Below are positions 14,121-30,972 of a stretch of DNA of 64,000 nt, piece after piece. The notes below the pieces were generated by a model. It was not told the origin of the DNA, ran no database searches, and saw nothing but the letters and a program-made list of their open reading frames with translations. The stretch's first letter is position 1. Every line of letters starts with the position of its first letter. Made by a program: the position numbers and the translations under genes. Source of the stretch: the human T2T-CHM13v2.0 reference genome, Homo sapiens. The DNA lies in assembly GCF_009914755.1 (NCBI RefSeq), contig NC_060942.1; one strand, given 5' to 3'.

Positions 14121-14413
14121 GGCCAAGCATGGTGGCTCACATGTGTAATCTCACCACTTTGGGGACCAAGGCACGAGGATCACTTGAGCCCAGGAATTCG
14201 AGACCCGCCTGGGCAGCAAAGTGAGTATCTCTACAAAAAATTTAGAAAACTAGCTAAGTGTGGGGGCGTGCATCTGTAGTCCCAGCTTCTTGGGAGGCCG
14301 AGGCAGAAGGCTTGCTTGAGCTCAGGAGATCAAGGCTATAGTGAATCATGTTCGTGCCACTGCATTCCAGCCTGGGTGACACAGCAAGACCCTGTCTTAA
14401 AAAATAAAATAAA
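14121..14413 (+). mobile_element. AluJ
   Basis: Diverged dimer with AluJ-type sequence. Confidence 0.9.
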
Positions 14414-14964
14414 ATTTTAAGAAAATGAATTTTGATGAATCATACTTTAGGAAAGATCAAATTATCTTTCTAGTCCTGCTACAGAAAATATCATAGTCGC
14501 AGTCACATGTGATAAAAGAGAATGTAAAGCCAAAAAAGAGTAGCAAAAAAAGTACAGAAGAATGTTAAGGCAATTAAAGAGTTTGTAATGATTTTGGATG
14601 TATATTGTTTGTGGTACTAGACACAAACAATGTTACTGTGGTAATAGTGATATTTACACTTCAAAACTTGTGATGATTTTTCCTCATTCTAAATAAATAT
14701 TCACCTTAAAATCTGAAAAAAACAGGTTATAAAGCAACATGTTCAAAAATATTCTAATCTTGTTAAATATGTTTTTATAAACATAGAAACAAATGCTAGA
14801 AGATAGTAACATCAAAAAGTTAATAGTGGGTATCTCTAGGAGTTGGGGGCATATGGAATCCTAATAACCTTCCATCTGCTTTTCTGTATTTTCCAGATTT
14901 CCTAAAATGAACATGTACTGCTCTTCTAATCAAGGGTAAAATGAGATGTTACTTTAAAACCTAA

Positions 14965-15437
<473 letters not shown>

Positions 15438-15519
15438 CTAAGTTCCAGAGACAGGAAATTAAAAGAAGAGGTTCCTACTTCTTGGGTAAGGTTGCTACAG
15501 ATAAATAAATAAGAAAGGG

Positions 15520-15745
15520 CTCTGAACAGAGAGTAGAATGGTGGTTGCCGGGCTGATGAAGGGGAAGTAGGGAAGTTGGTGTTTCGAGGGGACGGTTTCA
15601 GTTTTGCAAGCTGAAGAGAGTTCTGTGGATGGACAGTGGTGATGGTAGCACAGCAGTGCGAGTGTACTGATGCCACTGAACTTTATACTTAAAAATGGTG
15701 AAGGTGGTGCCTTTTTTGTTATATATATTTTGCCATAATTGTAAA
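15520..15745 (+). mobile_element. L1MB 3' UTR fragment
   Basis: agtagaatggtggttgcc...gtttcagttttgcaag...gccactgaactttatacttaaaaatgg. Confidence 0.8.
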
Positions 15746-15759
15746 ACCAAGGGGAAAAA

Positions 15760-15985
15760 AATGAGCTCTGAGATCAAACTTCCTGCATTCAAATCCTAGC
15801 TGTACTACCTACTGCTTGCGTGGCAGCCAGCAAGTCCCTAACCTCTCCCCATAGTGGGGACAATTTCATTACATACCTCACCAGGCTTGTAAAGATGAGA
15901 TGAATTCATTCATATAAAGCACTCAGAATAGTGCCAGGCATCTGTTAAGTGAGCAATAGATGCTAGCTATTATCACTGTTATTAA
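15760..15985 (+). mobile_element. MIR
   Basis: ttcaaatcctagct...taaagcactcagaatagtgccaggca, the MIR core and 3' end. Confidence 0.7.
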
Positions 15986-18900
15986 TAATGCAGACAAGAT
16001 CTCCAAGTCCTCCAAGGTTGCAGGAAAGCAAGTACGACTCAATGGCTGGGATACTTTGCCCTGACCCAGGGGCAGCTGAGCTGCAGAGAAGCTACAGAAG
16101 CAGCATGGCATAGGGACCTGGGCTTAAAAGGTGAGGGAGTGAGGGACAGGGTGCTGCCCTTCCTGAAGCCTGGGCCAGGAGGGATCCAAACACCAGGATG
16201 GCAGGGGTTCACTGCAGTGGCAACCAGTGACAGCCAGTAGGTGACACAGGCTATGCCATTTCTGGCTCAGCTCCCTTCCTGTTTTCTCCATTTCCCTTTA
16301 TTGTACACAACAGCAGGGTGGGATTGATCATAAAGAAACTTTAAAAGTTTATTCATTAAAGAAAGGAAGAGCTTTACCTGTAAGTCTGATTTTGAATTTG
16401 TTTTTCCTGAAAAACACTCTTAAGGACTATCACATACTCATTGAGGAAGGAATAGATGGACCAGGGATGACATTTTAGTATTTATAAGACAGGAGTTCTT
16501 CCCTCAAAGAGATTCTGCTTTGTTTTCTCAGGAATACTGGCCTAGGGATGCAATCTTGCAACTCTAAAGCAATGCTGCGTGCACTGCCATTTCTCCACAT
16601 CCAGCTCCGTGGGAAAACACAGCACGGCAGGATGGGGCAGGCAGCTGTCCACAGCCACGGGCTCCTCAACACCAGCCACCGGGCTTTCCAGGGGCTTGAA
16701 GCCAATGACAAAGAGGGTGGTGTGAACTCTGGAGACCAAGGCACAAAGGATGTGGGTTTATCATCAATTCAATAAGTAGATTTATTTTTTAATCATTTGA
16801 AAAGCTGCTAAAATTCTAAAAGCCTCTTTTAATAAAATGTTGTAATCTATAATAATTTAAACAGCTTTCCATTTCTTTTAGTAACTCAGAATGAACGCAT
16901 TCAAGAAAATGGAAAGGCACACGGCTGGGTCAAATAACAGAGAGGGAAGGAGAGGCAGAACCCAGATTGCCATAAAAACAACCTGGACCTTGGAAGAGTG
17001 TAACATGCTATTTTAAAATATAGCAACTTACTTGCAATTGTATTGCCTCCATCATCTGTAATTATTTTTAAATAATCTTACAATTATTTCAATTGCTAAA
17101 ACCTACAGTTCCCTAGAGAGGTAGTGAAAAACTCGCTGACACAAGGTGTATTTTATTTCCTTCCCTCTTAGACCTCTTGAAAATTCACTGATACATCATT
17201 TTCACTTCCAATCCAATGAAGTCTGGTGCTGCATTCTCTAGATAATGTATACAACCAATATGTGTGTATATTCCAATAACAAGAAAAACAACAATTCACA
17301 TTATGAAGACCAAGCTTCAGGAAGAAACACTGCCTAGAAACTTCTATCATTGAGAGCTTCAGGCAGCTGGAAAAGTTAAACATTTATGCCAAGCAATTCC
17401 AGCTAATAGCAAAGTTTAAATTTATCCATGCAAATTAATAGCAACCTATGATGAAACTGCAGAAACTCCTAACTGCAACTGCTCATTGGCTGACAAACTG
17501 AGAAGAAGGAGAGAAGGCTGTGTTTTCACTTGAGCACTAGAGAAACCTGAGAGCAAGGCCAAGTTTGAGCTCATCTGAAATTGAAAATATTGTATAAATG
17601 TAAAGTCAACCACTGTAACAGGGTAGAAGTGCAACTACTTTAGACCTGGGTTATAGAGAGAAAAATTCCCTCAAGTGCTAGGCTAGGTGTGTCTGCTCTG
17701 TTGCCCAGACAGCAGCTTGTGGGCAGGGTGCTCCCCCGCGTGTGTGACCTAAGCCCTGGTGGGTCCCCAGGGCTTGCTCCACTGACAGCCGGGGGCTGGC
17801 GGCAGTCAGCTGTCCCCTGGACAGAGCCGTGCCTCCTGCAAGATGAAGATGGCACTGGATGTTTCCTCTATGACACCTCTACCTCCCACAGCTACCGATA
17901 ATGAAAAAATTCATTGTGCTTACATTTGAGGGCATCGCAGGGCCAAATGTCTTTCTTTCCCCATCTCATGCTGCTCAGTTCCCCCCGCTCCACACGATGC
18001 CTAGCATCTCATCTATTAGTTTATCACTGCATGAGGTTCTTGCCATCTGAATACCACCGATTACACGCAGATGAGTTACTCTAAGGTGTCCCGGGATAGC
18101 TGCCTGCGGCCGCTCTGGATGGGCAGTTTGAAAAAGAGCCTGCTGCCCTCGTGCCTTCTGTCCTCAGTCCTCACAGGCCAGCCATGGGGGACAACAGGGG
18201 CCAGAGTGAAAGACACGCAGGCAGAAAGGAAGGCGCCACGGAGTGGGAAAAGGCGGTGTGTTCATCATGTGTTTACTGAACCACAGTGTGGGCACCTCAG
18301 TGCAACCAGTGAGAAAACGTGGAGAAGAAGGTAAGAAAAGCTCTAAGGAAAATGCTAATGAACATAATGATATTCCTTTCCTATTCTTCCTGCTTAGGAG
18401 CTGAAGAGCTTCAGAGCTGGGAGGTGGCGTGAACCCTCCTGCTAGGGGACTTCATAAAGGCTGGACAACACCTACACAGGAATGTGGAGAAACAATGGAA
18501 GCATGGGCTGCAAGCTTGCCCTGGATCACTCGGCATTTGTGGCTTTAAGGGAATCTACTTCCACATGCATTTTTTCCTAGAAACTGGCAAGTCTCAGATG
18601 GCACCTGCACTGGAGGGACCGTGCTGCTCCTCTTTGCTCATTTCCCCATTCACAGTTGCCCTCTGCTACTGAAAAAAAAAAAAAAAAAAAAAAAAAAGTA
18701 CTTAATCTCCTACCATGCTGAATCTTGGCATAGTATTTATACCTGGAAATGTGAAAACCTCCAGGGCACCAGAGAGGGAAGTTTAGATACAGTACTGTTA
18801 CCAGCAAAGCCTCTTTTACTCAAGAACCATTAACTTACATTAGGGCTCCTTGACGTCCTGTTTCAGTTAAGAGAAAGACACGACATGAGAAATAGGGTCT

Positions 18901-21528
18901 TCAAGCCATTTCTCCCCAGGTTGAAACATTCTGATCTTAGACCACTGTAGAGTGTGGGGGTAGAGATACCAAATTTTGTTTAACTATCTTGCTCCTTCTA
19001 TCCTCTGTCGCTCTAGTTGGTATTTATAACATGCCAGATTTGGCAAAGCTCCAAACCTTATCTAGCTCCGCATCTATCTTAGAGTTGGAATGCAAGAATA
19101 GCACTGTTGTCATGGTGGCATATAGGGTATCACATGTTTATCTGATTCCAGAAATAATATCTCATCCCTTCTGACAGTTACTCTGACCCAGTGATATGTC
19201 TGGGCATGAGGTCTGGCCCTATGGCTATGTAGCAGACATTCTGTACTGGAATGAATGAGCTAAACCTTCAGTTTGTGGGAAACATCTTAAGATTCATGGT
19301 GAGATAAAAGCATTTTATCAAAAACATACTGGCAAAGGTTTACTTCAGTGAAAATTATTCCAATTTTCTCAACCCTTTCTCAGTATTGCAAGGTACAACT
19401 GAGTGATAAAAACAGTTCAATGAATTGAGATCGGAGAGCTTGGGAAAAGCTTCTCTGGTGTATTTCCCAGAGGCCAAGAAGCCAATGACTAATGAAAGGT
19501 AACAAAACCTTGTGCAAGTTAGAGTTTTTCAAAGTTGTGTTTTTAGTAACACTGAAGGGAGTCCTAATTGAGTTGTTAGCTTATAAATCACACACACAAA
19601 AATTTTGTAATATAATCTGACTTTTGGCATATAGTGGAGAAGGGGGTCAAAGAACTGAATGACATTACTGGACATTTTTTTAAAAACCCAAAAAACTCCT
19701 ACTCCCATCTGTCTATTAATATGAGCAAAGCTCTCAATCCTGGCATCTATTCAAAAACAAGAACATAACTGTTACTGAAGATCCTGTCTCATTCTAGCAG
19801 CAAGTGATATTCATCTCAGATATCTAAAACCAATTGAAAACAATTTTCACTCATAACATTTTACCTTTTGTTAATATTTTCATAAATTTTATAATGTTTA
19901 CAATTGTAATCAAATACTAACATTTATAACAATGCAAAGAAACCTTTAGTACTAAAGTCTTATAGAATATAGCTTTTTAAATTTTAATTTTTATACATAT
20001 TTCTGCAGTAATGAAGTATGATGAAGTAATCGATAAAAGACCCTCAGAGATTAAAACAATTGAGTTAACTCGGTAAATGGAGCTAATGGAAGAGAGATGA
20101 TAGCTGAAGGTATGCACATGGCTTCTGGAACTCAGTTTCACCCCTACAAAAAGGACACGAAGTTAACTGAGTTATCCTATAGGAAGGATAAAATGGAAAT
20201 ACAAATTAAAGGAGACATAGAAGTATAAGCTTTTCAATGACTGAAGAATAGCTTGCTCATGTATTTATTTAACAGAATGACAGTGGCAATCAAAACTCGA
20301 TGGTATGTGGATTCCACTAGCTACCTTTAAAAGAATGATACAACACTTTTCTTTCACTTTAAGTAGTCGGTATTCCTGATGTACCAGACCTTTGTCACCT
20401 CTTGCAATAATCCAGGACTATTCTATTACTCCAAGACATTTGAACACACACAAGGGCAGCACGCACATGGCCTTGAGCTCAAGTACCTCCTCAAATTTTG
20501 TGCTGAGGTCCTGGGGCTGGTTGCCTAAGTCACTGAGCATGAACACCAACGACCTAACCTCTGGCTGAGCCCTGCTGAGAAAGCCACTGGAGCAAAGGGA
20601 TGGAGGAGAAGAGGAGGACGGAAACAGGGTACACACAGGACATGAGGCTTTCGGATTAAAGAGTCCTGTGACAAAGGGGAAACAAGCAGAAAGAAATAAG
20701 CAAAGGCTTCAAATGACTAAGCAGTGTCAGGATTAGTTCTCAGGAGCCGGAGATTTGTTTGTTTGGTAAAAGCTTCAACCACAAACAGATTTAGGGTTGA
20801 ATTCCAGTTAGGTAAAGTATTCATTTCACATTGTATAATCTGACATTTTGATAACATAATCCTGCTCAAAACAGACTGGGAGAAGAAAAGAAGGATGTCA
20901 TCAGTATTGGAAATCAAAGTGGCTAAATGCTATTTGGAAAAAGGTAAAGTACAACGTGCAGGTGCATGGGAGTGGAGGAGATGGGGCAGAGTGAGCCCGG
21001 CTGGGGATGGGGCTGCAGACACGGGGGGCCAAGATGACAAATGCATGGAGAAGAACCTCTTCCTTTCCTTCCTAAGACAGAGTGAGACCTAGACCATATC
21101 TGGCAGATAAGAATATGTACTGTGAATTTAGAAAAGCCACATATTTTGAATAATAATAGCATTACACCATAAAATGATATCATCATAGCATACAAATCTG
21201 GGGCATTAATTGTTACGGAAAAAATGGGATGAGGACTCTGGTTGAGTGTGGAATTGTGGGGCTGTCACCCGCAGGATGCTTACACCCCGCACTCTGTCCT
21301 GGCACGCTCCTCACAACAACAGAGAGCAGGAAGAGCTAAGGCTCAGTATCAAATTTCCTCTTCCACTCTTAGGACTTATTAACAAATTAAGAAGCTGGGT
21401 AAATGGAGGTAAGGGAAGAGAGATGATAGCTGAAGGTATACACATGGCTTCTAGAATTCAGTTTCACCCCCACAAAAAGGACACGAAGTGAAGTATTTGG
21501 ATTAATGTGATAGAATCAGAAACATGCA

Positions 21529-21861
<333 letters not shown>

Positions 21862-22580
21862 TCATTTTTAATCTTTACTGTCGCTTAGTGCTTATACCTT
21901 GATTGTGTCTGCTGCCTAAGAGAGAAGGTCCTACAGCAGACAGTGCCCAAAGAACAATATTTCCAAAAGCTAGGTGATCTCCTTTCAATCCACATTAATA
22001 AAAATGTTCTTCCAGAACATTTGTCTCCTATGAACCTCAGCAGAAAGAAGTTTCCAAAAACACGACTTCCCCTGAAGCTCTCTCTCTATGCTTTGAATCA
22101 GTAAGTTCTAGAGATATGATTCAGAACATTCTATGGAACCCTTTCAACCCAAACAGCTCTATGTTTATTTGTTGTATTTTATTTATGATTCAGCATAAGC
22201 ATTTACTTGTACAAGAAGTTATGTGCCTAAACATAAAAGTAAAACCGCATTCTAGAGAAACAGAGTATCTTTCAGAACATAGCAGGTGCAATCCAACATA
22301 ACATCATCTCCTATCTTTTAAAAGAATGGTTAGTCTCGATTTGGACGTAAACTAGACAGATTGCTAGTCACCTTCATGAACAAATTCATAACACCAACAC
22401 TACAGCTGACACCCAGTGAAACAGGAGAGAGCAGGAGAAAGGAATCAGTCAACAGAAATACAGAAAACTGTATATTCTAAAGTGGCCAAAAAGACTAAAC
22501 CATATCTGAAATGTTCATACAAACTCCTTTGACCAAATAACCTTACAAAGATACAGTACAAATTCTATAGTAACTCAGAG

Positions 22581-22800
22581 CAGTGTTTTTCAAATGGTGG
22601 GTCTGGTTCATTAACAAGTTGTAAAATAAATGTAACGAGCTGGAATCAATGTTACTTTAATATAATAGAAAATACAATTTGTAGTAATGATGAGCATTCT
22701 TTTGTGAAACTGATTTTAATTTTAAGGACATGCATATATACATATTTGCATACTGGATCATAAAGGTAAACATATTTAACTAAGGGTTTGAAAAATACTG
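22581..22800. mobile_element. hAT-Charlie MITE (MER103-like)
   Basis: Terminal inverted repeats cagtgtttttcaaa...tttgaaaaatactg. Confidence 0.7.
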
Positions 22801-23303
22801 ACTCTGCAGAATACAAATAAATACTAATTTTTATCTTGAAATTTTCAGTTCCAAAGAGACAAACGTGTGTTACTGTCATCTGTCTATATACATTTGCTTT
22901 GTCCTGTTGAATCCTAATAGAATTGAAATAAAATTAGAGCTCAAGTCTCATTCTCAGCTGTGATTAATGATAATATGAACTATTATTTATTGAGCGCAAC
23001 GTTAAACCAGGAATAGTTCCAGGCATTTTACATAAATTATTTATCGCTCAATACACCTACCTCTAAGGTACAAATTATGATGCTAGTTCTACACTGGATG
23101 GAATGCTACTCACGTAGGAACTGCAACTTGCTTGGGGTCTCACAGCCAGGAAGCGGGAGAGCGGGGATTAGATCCCACATTATCAGGCTCTGAAATTTAG
23201 ATGAATTACTCTCCATGCAGGAGTCAAAAAATATTTGTTTAAAATTAATGTTTATGAAATTTGTTCCTTGGAAATTACATTTAGGAAGTTTCAGATTTCA
23301 TTA

Positions 23304-23670
<367 letters not shown>

Positions 23671-24448
23671 TGCCAAAGTGGGTATCTCTGCAGCGGACAG
23701 GATTTCAAGCCACAGAATGAAGTGTGCATGAGGTGACTGTACTTCCCAGCACAGGGAAAGTTCTGGAGTGCTCCCAGGGTACACATTCAATTGCAAAATG
23801 TTAAAAGGTAATGTCCAGGCAGATTCTTTTGTGCCACATGACTTACATGTTCGGTGGTCCAAGGTCACACTAGGAAGAGTTATGAGAACTTTACCCAGAA
23901 TCCTAGCCTGACTGACATCAGGGTGGTGGTGTTGACTACTACCTTCAAGGGAATCCAAGGATTTCTATGAAAGGAAATGCTGCCATCTCCCTACCTCCCC
24001 CCACATCAGATCCACCTGCACAGATAACTAAGCAGAGACATATTCCAAATATTTAATATACCACACTTACAAATTCCAAATACGAAAACTTGCTCTGTGC
24101 ACAGAAGTGTAAGTGAAATTCTGTTCTCCACTGTGGGGTTGTCTGTTCTTTCTGAGAGTTTCTAGGTAAGTCTATGGGGCAATATAAATGTGCTGTGTCA
24201 ACAGAAACACGGCATTTTCAGTTTCTGTTTGTTTTTTTTTTTACATCAAAAATGCACACTAAAGCCATTAGAGCAGCTCAAATTCTTGTCAGAAAAAAGT
24301 CACCTACGACTTTTCACAATTTATGATTCTCGTACGTTCCCATAAACGTTGTCGTGCACCACTTTAATGCAAACTTTTAGGTTCCTTTCTAAAGAATATG
24401 CGATTAAACATATCTGCTTAATATCATATGACAAAACCATTAATTTAC

Positions 24449-24524
24449 CATTCCAATACATTTTCTGAGGATGCTCCAGATACTGAAGTCATTTCTGGAA
24501 AACATAGGAGAAGGCAAACTTGTT
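24449..24524 (-). CDS. OSBPL1A: OSBPL1A coding exon, 76 nt (phase 2 to 0), start of the ORD
   Basis: ...ttttttcag|AACAAGT...GGAATG|gtaaat. Translates (R)TSLPSPMFSRNDFSIWSILRKCIGM. Confidence 0.97.
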
Positions 24525-25370
24525 CTGAAAAAAGAAAAGAAAAACATAAAGTTCATTCTAATGCCATTGTCAGCAGGAGGGAAGAACTGCTTTCATTCAC
24601 ATGAGAGCTGCAGGCACAGAAAGACCCTTTAAAAATGTGTGTCATCACAGACAGGGCTAAGCAGGGCTAATCTAGGGTTGCACCTGTTCACCTATACCTA
24701 CTTTGGCCCCTGAAAGATTCTGTAGCAATCAACTGCTCCTCTGTCTTCAGCATTGCTCTGATCTGAACTCAGTCCTCCCAGTCCTTGGGATCCAGCTGTT
24801 TGGACCACCTCAGAGATCCACTATGCTTTCACGTTATGGCACATCTGACCCTGTTGTTGGATTTATGGCACACCTACCATGTTCTGATACTTAATACATT
24901 ATCATTCTCTAGCCGCTAAATGATGTAAACAAAATGCCATCACAAAGCTTAGATACAGGTTTTTAAGAAATGAAATGGAAAATAGAAAACTTTCATAAAA
25001 GCCAAAGTATTTTTAAAAAGTAAAAGCCAAAGTAAAAATAAATAAAAAGTAAAAAGTATTTAGGCCCTGTAACATACATCAGTACTTCCCCAAGGAGACT
25101 AACACTAACAAAATTTAGCAATTCTGGGTAGACTGGAAAACAAATTAACCTCTACAGAAAGAGCATCTTCGAAGCCTCTGTAGGTGTTCGAAAGTAGCCA
25201 AGGGATGACGGCTGCCTGGGGCTGAAGGTCTGTGGCTTGGATAAGCAGCACATCAGAGTCAGGCCTGGTGGGCAGGGAGCCACCCCATTTCCACAGATCA
25301 GAATGGCAGCACCATCAGGAATGAGGGGTGGTGCAAGAGGTGCCCAGGCCAACTTTCCAGAACACTATTA

Positions 25371-25699
<329 letters not shown>

Positions 25700-26092
25700 G
25701 GTTTTCCAGTTGCCTTCTGAAATACATCCATGTAGCTAAAATATTAGATATTTTAAAAATTATCTTCTGAAGAACCTCTAAATTAAACTAATTAATTTGG
25801 ATTATAGAAGTTAATACAATTTACATTTTTAAGTCAATAATCCATGGTGGAATTCTTCTAGTTTCTTTTTCTTTTTTAGGAACACACACTGCTCATTTGG
25901 CAGATATGCCATCTAACCAATCTGCTGGATAAGTGGCCACAGATGGTATTTAAATCACATTCCCCACTATCCAAGACTATCAATCTCTGTGACACGAATA
26001 ATAGATACCAGGAATAAGAATCCCTGCCATTATCTATGCTTTGCATGTATAATATAGTTTTAGAGATGTATGTAAATTAAATTTTCCATCTA

Positions 26093-26411
26093 TTTTGTTC
26101 TTTTCTTTTCTTTTTTTTTTTTTTTTTTGAGATGGACTTTCGTTCTTGTTGCCGAGGCTGGAGTGCAGTGGTGTGATCTCAGCTCACTGCAACCCTGCCT
26201 CCCGGGTTCAAGCGATTCTCCTGTGTCAGCCTCCCGAGTAGCTGGGATTTCAGGTGCCTGCCACCATGCCCGGCTAATTTTTTGTATTTTTAGTAGAGAC
26301 GGGGTTTCACCATGTTGGCCAGGTTGGTCTTGAACTCCTGACCTCAGGTGATCTACCTGCCTCGGCCTCCCAAAGTGCTGGGATTACAGGCGTGAGCTAC
26401 CGCGCCCAGCC
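26093..26411 (-). mobile_element. AluS
   Basis: Dimer. TSD-like aaattttcc. Confidence 0.95.
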
Positions 26412-27044
26412 AAATTTTCCTTCTACTGTCTTGGAAAAGTCCATCCAAAGTGTAGCATACCTAGAGAGTTATGAGCTTGAAAGAAGCTTGTGAAGAGGGA
26501 ATGAGGGCTGTCATTCACCCCCAACAAACGCTGACATTAAATGTATAGACCGTGTGCTACCATTCTAACTAAAGGCAAGAATAGCAGAAAGGCAAGAACA
26601 ACAAATATCTTGGAGGCAGAAGATGAGAGACATTCGAGCTTTGTAATTATCCTCAGTTTAGAAATTGTCAGAGGACTGTCAGCCAAGAGTCCCACCTGGG
26701 AATATCCTATACTCATTTTTATGCACAAAACTTTCTGTGATTTTATGAGAATGTAATCATTACTCATTTATAAGGAAGTCAGATTATCTGCAACATTCAT
26801 TACCTATTCAGAACATAACCAGAAAGCAGAGGGGAAGGGGTTTTGAAAGGTAAACAGCCGTTACAGAGCCCATGTTATTTTCTTCCGTAGGACACGCAGA
26901 GCCAAGAGCCTTGCCTCACTGAGACCACACTTTGTGCAATAAACTGATGGGAAGCAGCAAGAGAAACACCGGCCCACGAGACACCCACGCAGCACACAAG
27001 CCATGGCTTAGTAAATGACCTCTCAGTTGCTGACCACAGTCTAA

Positions 27045-27495
<451 letters not shown>

Positions 27496-28174
27496 TAAAA
27501 GAAATTGGAAGACCGCCACGCAGGAGGACTGATCCGAGGCGAGGCAAAGGTGTCTGGAAAACATCTCTTACAAGCAGTGCTAAGGGACGTGCAAAGCTAG
27601 AGAAACAAAAGCTGGGGGTGTGGCGAACAGTGGGCACAAGGGGGGTCTTGGAATATCGGAGAGAGGGCCTGAGATGGCAGGAGTAATAACATCCTTGCCC
27701 CCAGCTCCCCCGGCTCCCCCAGCTGCTATGCACTTCAGCCTGCTTCATCTTCCCCCTCCACAGCACTGATTGACGTGACATAAGGTACACTCTCTTGCTG
27801 ATGTGTTGATGACCTCCTACCCCCAAACAGTATGTAAACTCCATGAGAACTCATATTCTGTCTACTGCTGTGGCCCTGTTGCCTAGGACAATGGCTAGCA
27901 CCAACTGGGAGTTTAAGTATTTGTGGCAGAAGCTTTGGAATGTATACGACCTATTAGACATTACCTCTTTTGTAAAGAATTTAGTTTATTCTGTGCTACT
28001 CAAGAGAGAAGGACTATTACTGCAGGTGAATGCTTATATTAGGGTGGCTAATATAAAGACCTGTGTCACAATGAATTCTAAAAATAGGAGATGAGAGAGG
28101 CCTCTTAAGGAAGGGTTTCAGACAGAGGCTGGAGGATTCCACCAGTCAGGGCACAGAAAGGCACCCCAGCTCGA

Positions 28175-28990
<816 letters not shown>

Positions 28991-29800
28991 ATGGATCTCT
29001 GTGATTACTTCTGAAAACAAAAGGGTTGTATTGTTTCAAGAATAGCGTGGGGAACAAAAATTTTATGACTCTAAAGTCAAGAACAGACAAAAAATAGTCC
29101 ACAGTCTAATCATCAAGAAAATGCTAAATCTTCTGCAGTGTTATTTGAAGAAGCAGAGGGAGTAGAGAAATTTTAAAAAAAAATTAGGTAGGAGATTCAG
29201 TTAAAAAAAATAATTTGTGTTGAAAAGGATGTGTTTCCATATTTAAAAATTTCACTCTCTCTGCCAGGAAAAAAAGAAGAGAGAATTCCCGAATGGTGTT
29301 GGATGGCAGTGTTACTCCAGGCAGAAATAAGAACAGACGAGAGCAGCAATCAGAATTTTCAGGCTGAAAGCACAGCTCAGTGATTCTCTCTCGGTGGAGT
29401 TTATCTGAGGGTCATTATCTTGCATTCTATGCTTCCTTTTTCTCTTCATACAGAGAGAACACACCCTGTACCAGGGACTGGCAGTGATATGTCCTGGTTC
29501 TATTTTCAACCATACAGATGACATTACGACTATCTAGACAACAGCACAATAACTGGTTTTTAAATGAAGAGTCTCACAGTGGTTTCATCTATGTGATGCA
29601 AACGGCTCCGCCTGCTAGCACACCATTATTTCCCTGCTACACAGCATTGTAGGCAGACCCGAAAGAACCAAATTCATTAAAGAAGTGTTGACTAACAAAT
29701 GCTGTGCTTGAATCCCCCTTGTTCTGAAAGTTGTGAAGGTCAAGAGATCACGATCTCCAAAATCTTTAAACGTTATTTGGATGGCAGAAATTACCTGTTA

Positions 29801-30102
<302 letters not shown>

Positions 30103-30972
30103 AATTGTATGTTATTTGGAAGCTGAGCCTCACAAATTTACCTAACTGCACAGATCTCCTTTATCTACCCGCTGGACACTGAGCCCACCTCCTGCATCTG
30201 CTCTGTGGATTGCTAGGCTAGACACTCAACACTGTTTGCTCATAGAGGCCCTCTGAAAAAAAGAACAAGATGATAACACAAAGGTAGGCAAAATTAAGCT
30301 TCATCTGGAATTGGCTGCCAGGCGTTTCATGCTTTCCAGGTTTGCCTCCTGATTTTCATGAGACACACATGAGCTCTTCTGGGTCTTGTGTGTGTGCATG
30401 CATATATTTACTGAGACATCCTTATACTTGGCAGGAGGTCGGGGAGGTGTCATCTCTTTCATGGAGGCTATAAAAGAACCGTGGAATGGAAACCAGAGCT
30501 ACAGTGCAAACTCTTGCTACCACCCAGCTGCGTAACCTGGGGCAAATCTTGCAAGTCGAAGCTACACAGCTGTACAATTCTCCTTCTGCTGGCAGCTAGA
30601 TCTGCACTAAGGAAAATGCCTAGGACAATTAAGGCTTCTCAGAAATGAAGGTTCAACTTCTTACCTACATGTCAGTTTTTAAGAATTTTTTAAATTGTTA
30701 TTTTTATAAAGTACAAACATACTAAGATAAAAACACTCATTGTCAGTGGTGACATCATCTGTCCACTAAATTATCTTCTCACTACGTAGGAGCTCTTTGT
30801 GTATTACAGATATTTCATTCACCACCTGCATTACAGATAACTTATCCCAAGTCTAACATTGGTCATGTGATTCTGTTTACGGTATGATTTGCTAAACCAA
30901 ATCTACCTACCTGGGAAGGCTACATATGTTATTATCATAATCTACATGTGAAACATAAACAGCTATCATTCA

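Noticed and set aside
17924-18045. Minus-strand ATG-led open stretch ending at gtaagc
   Set aside because: Poor polypyrimidine tract, wrong phase for the intron, and no homology.
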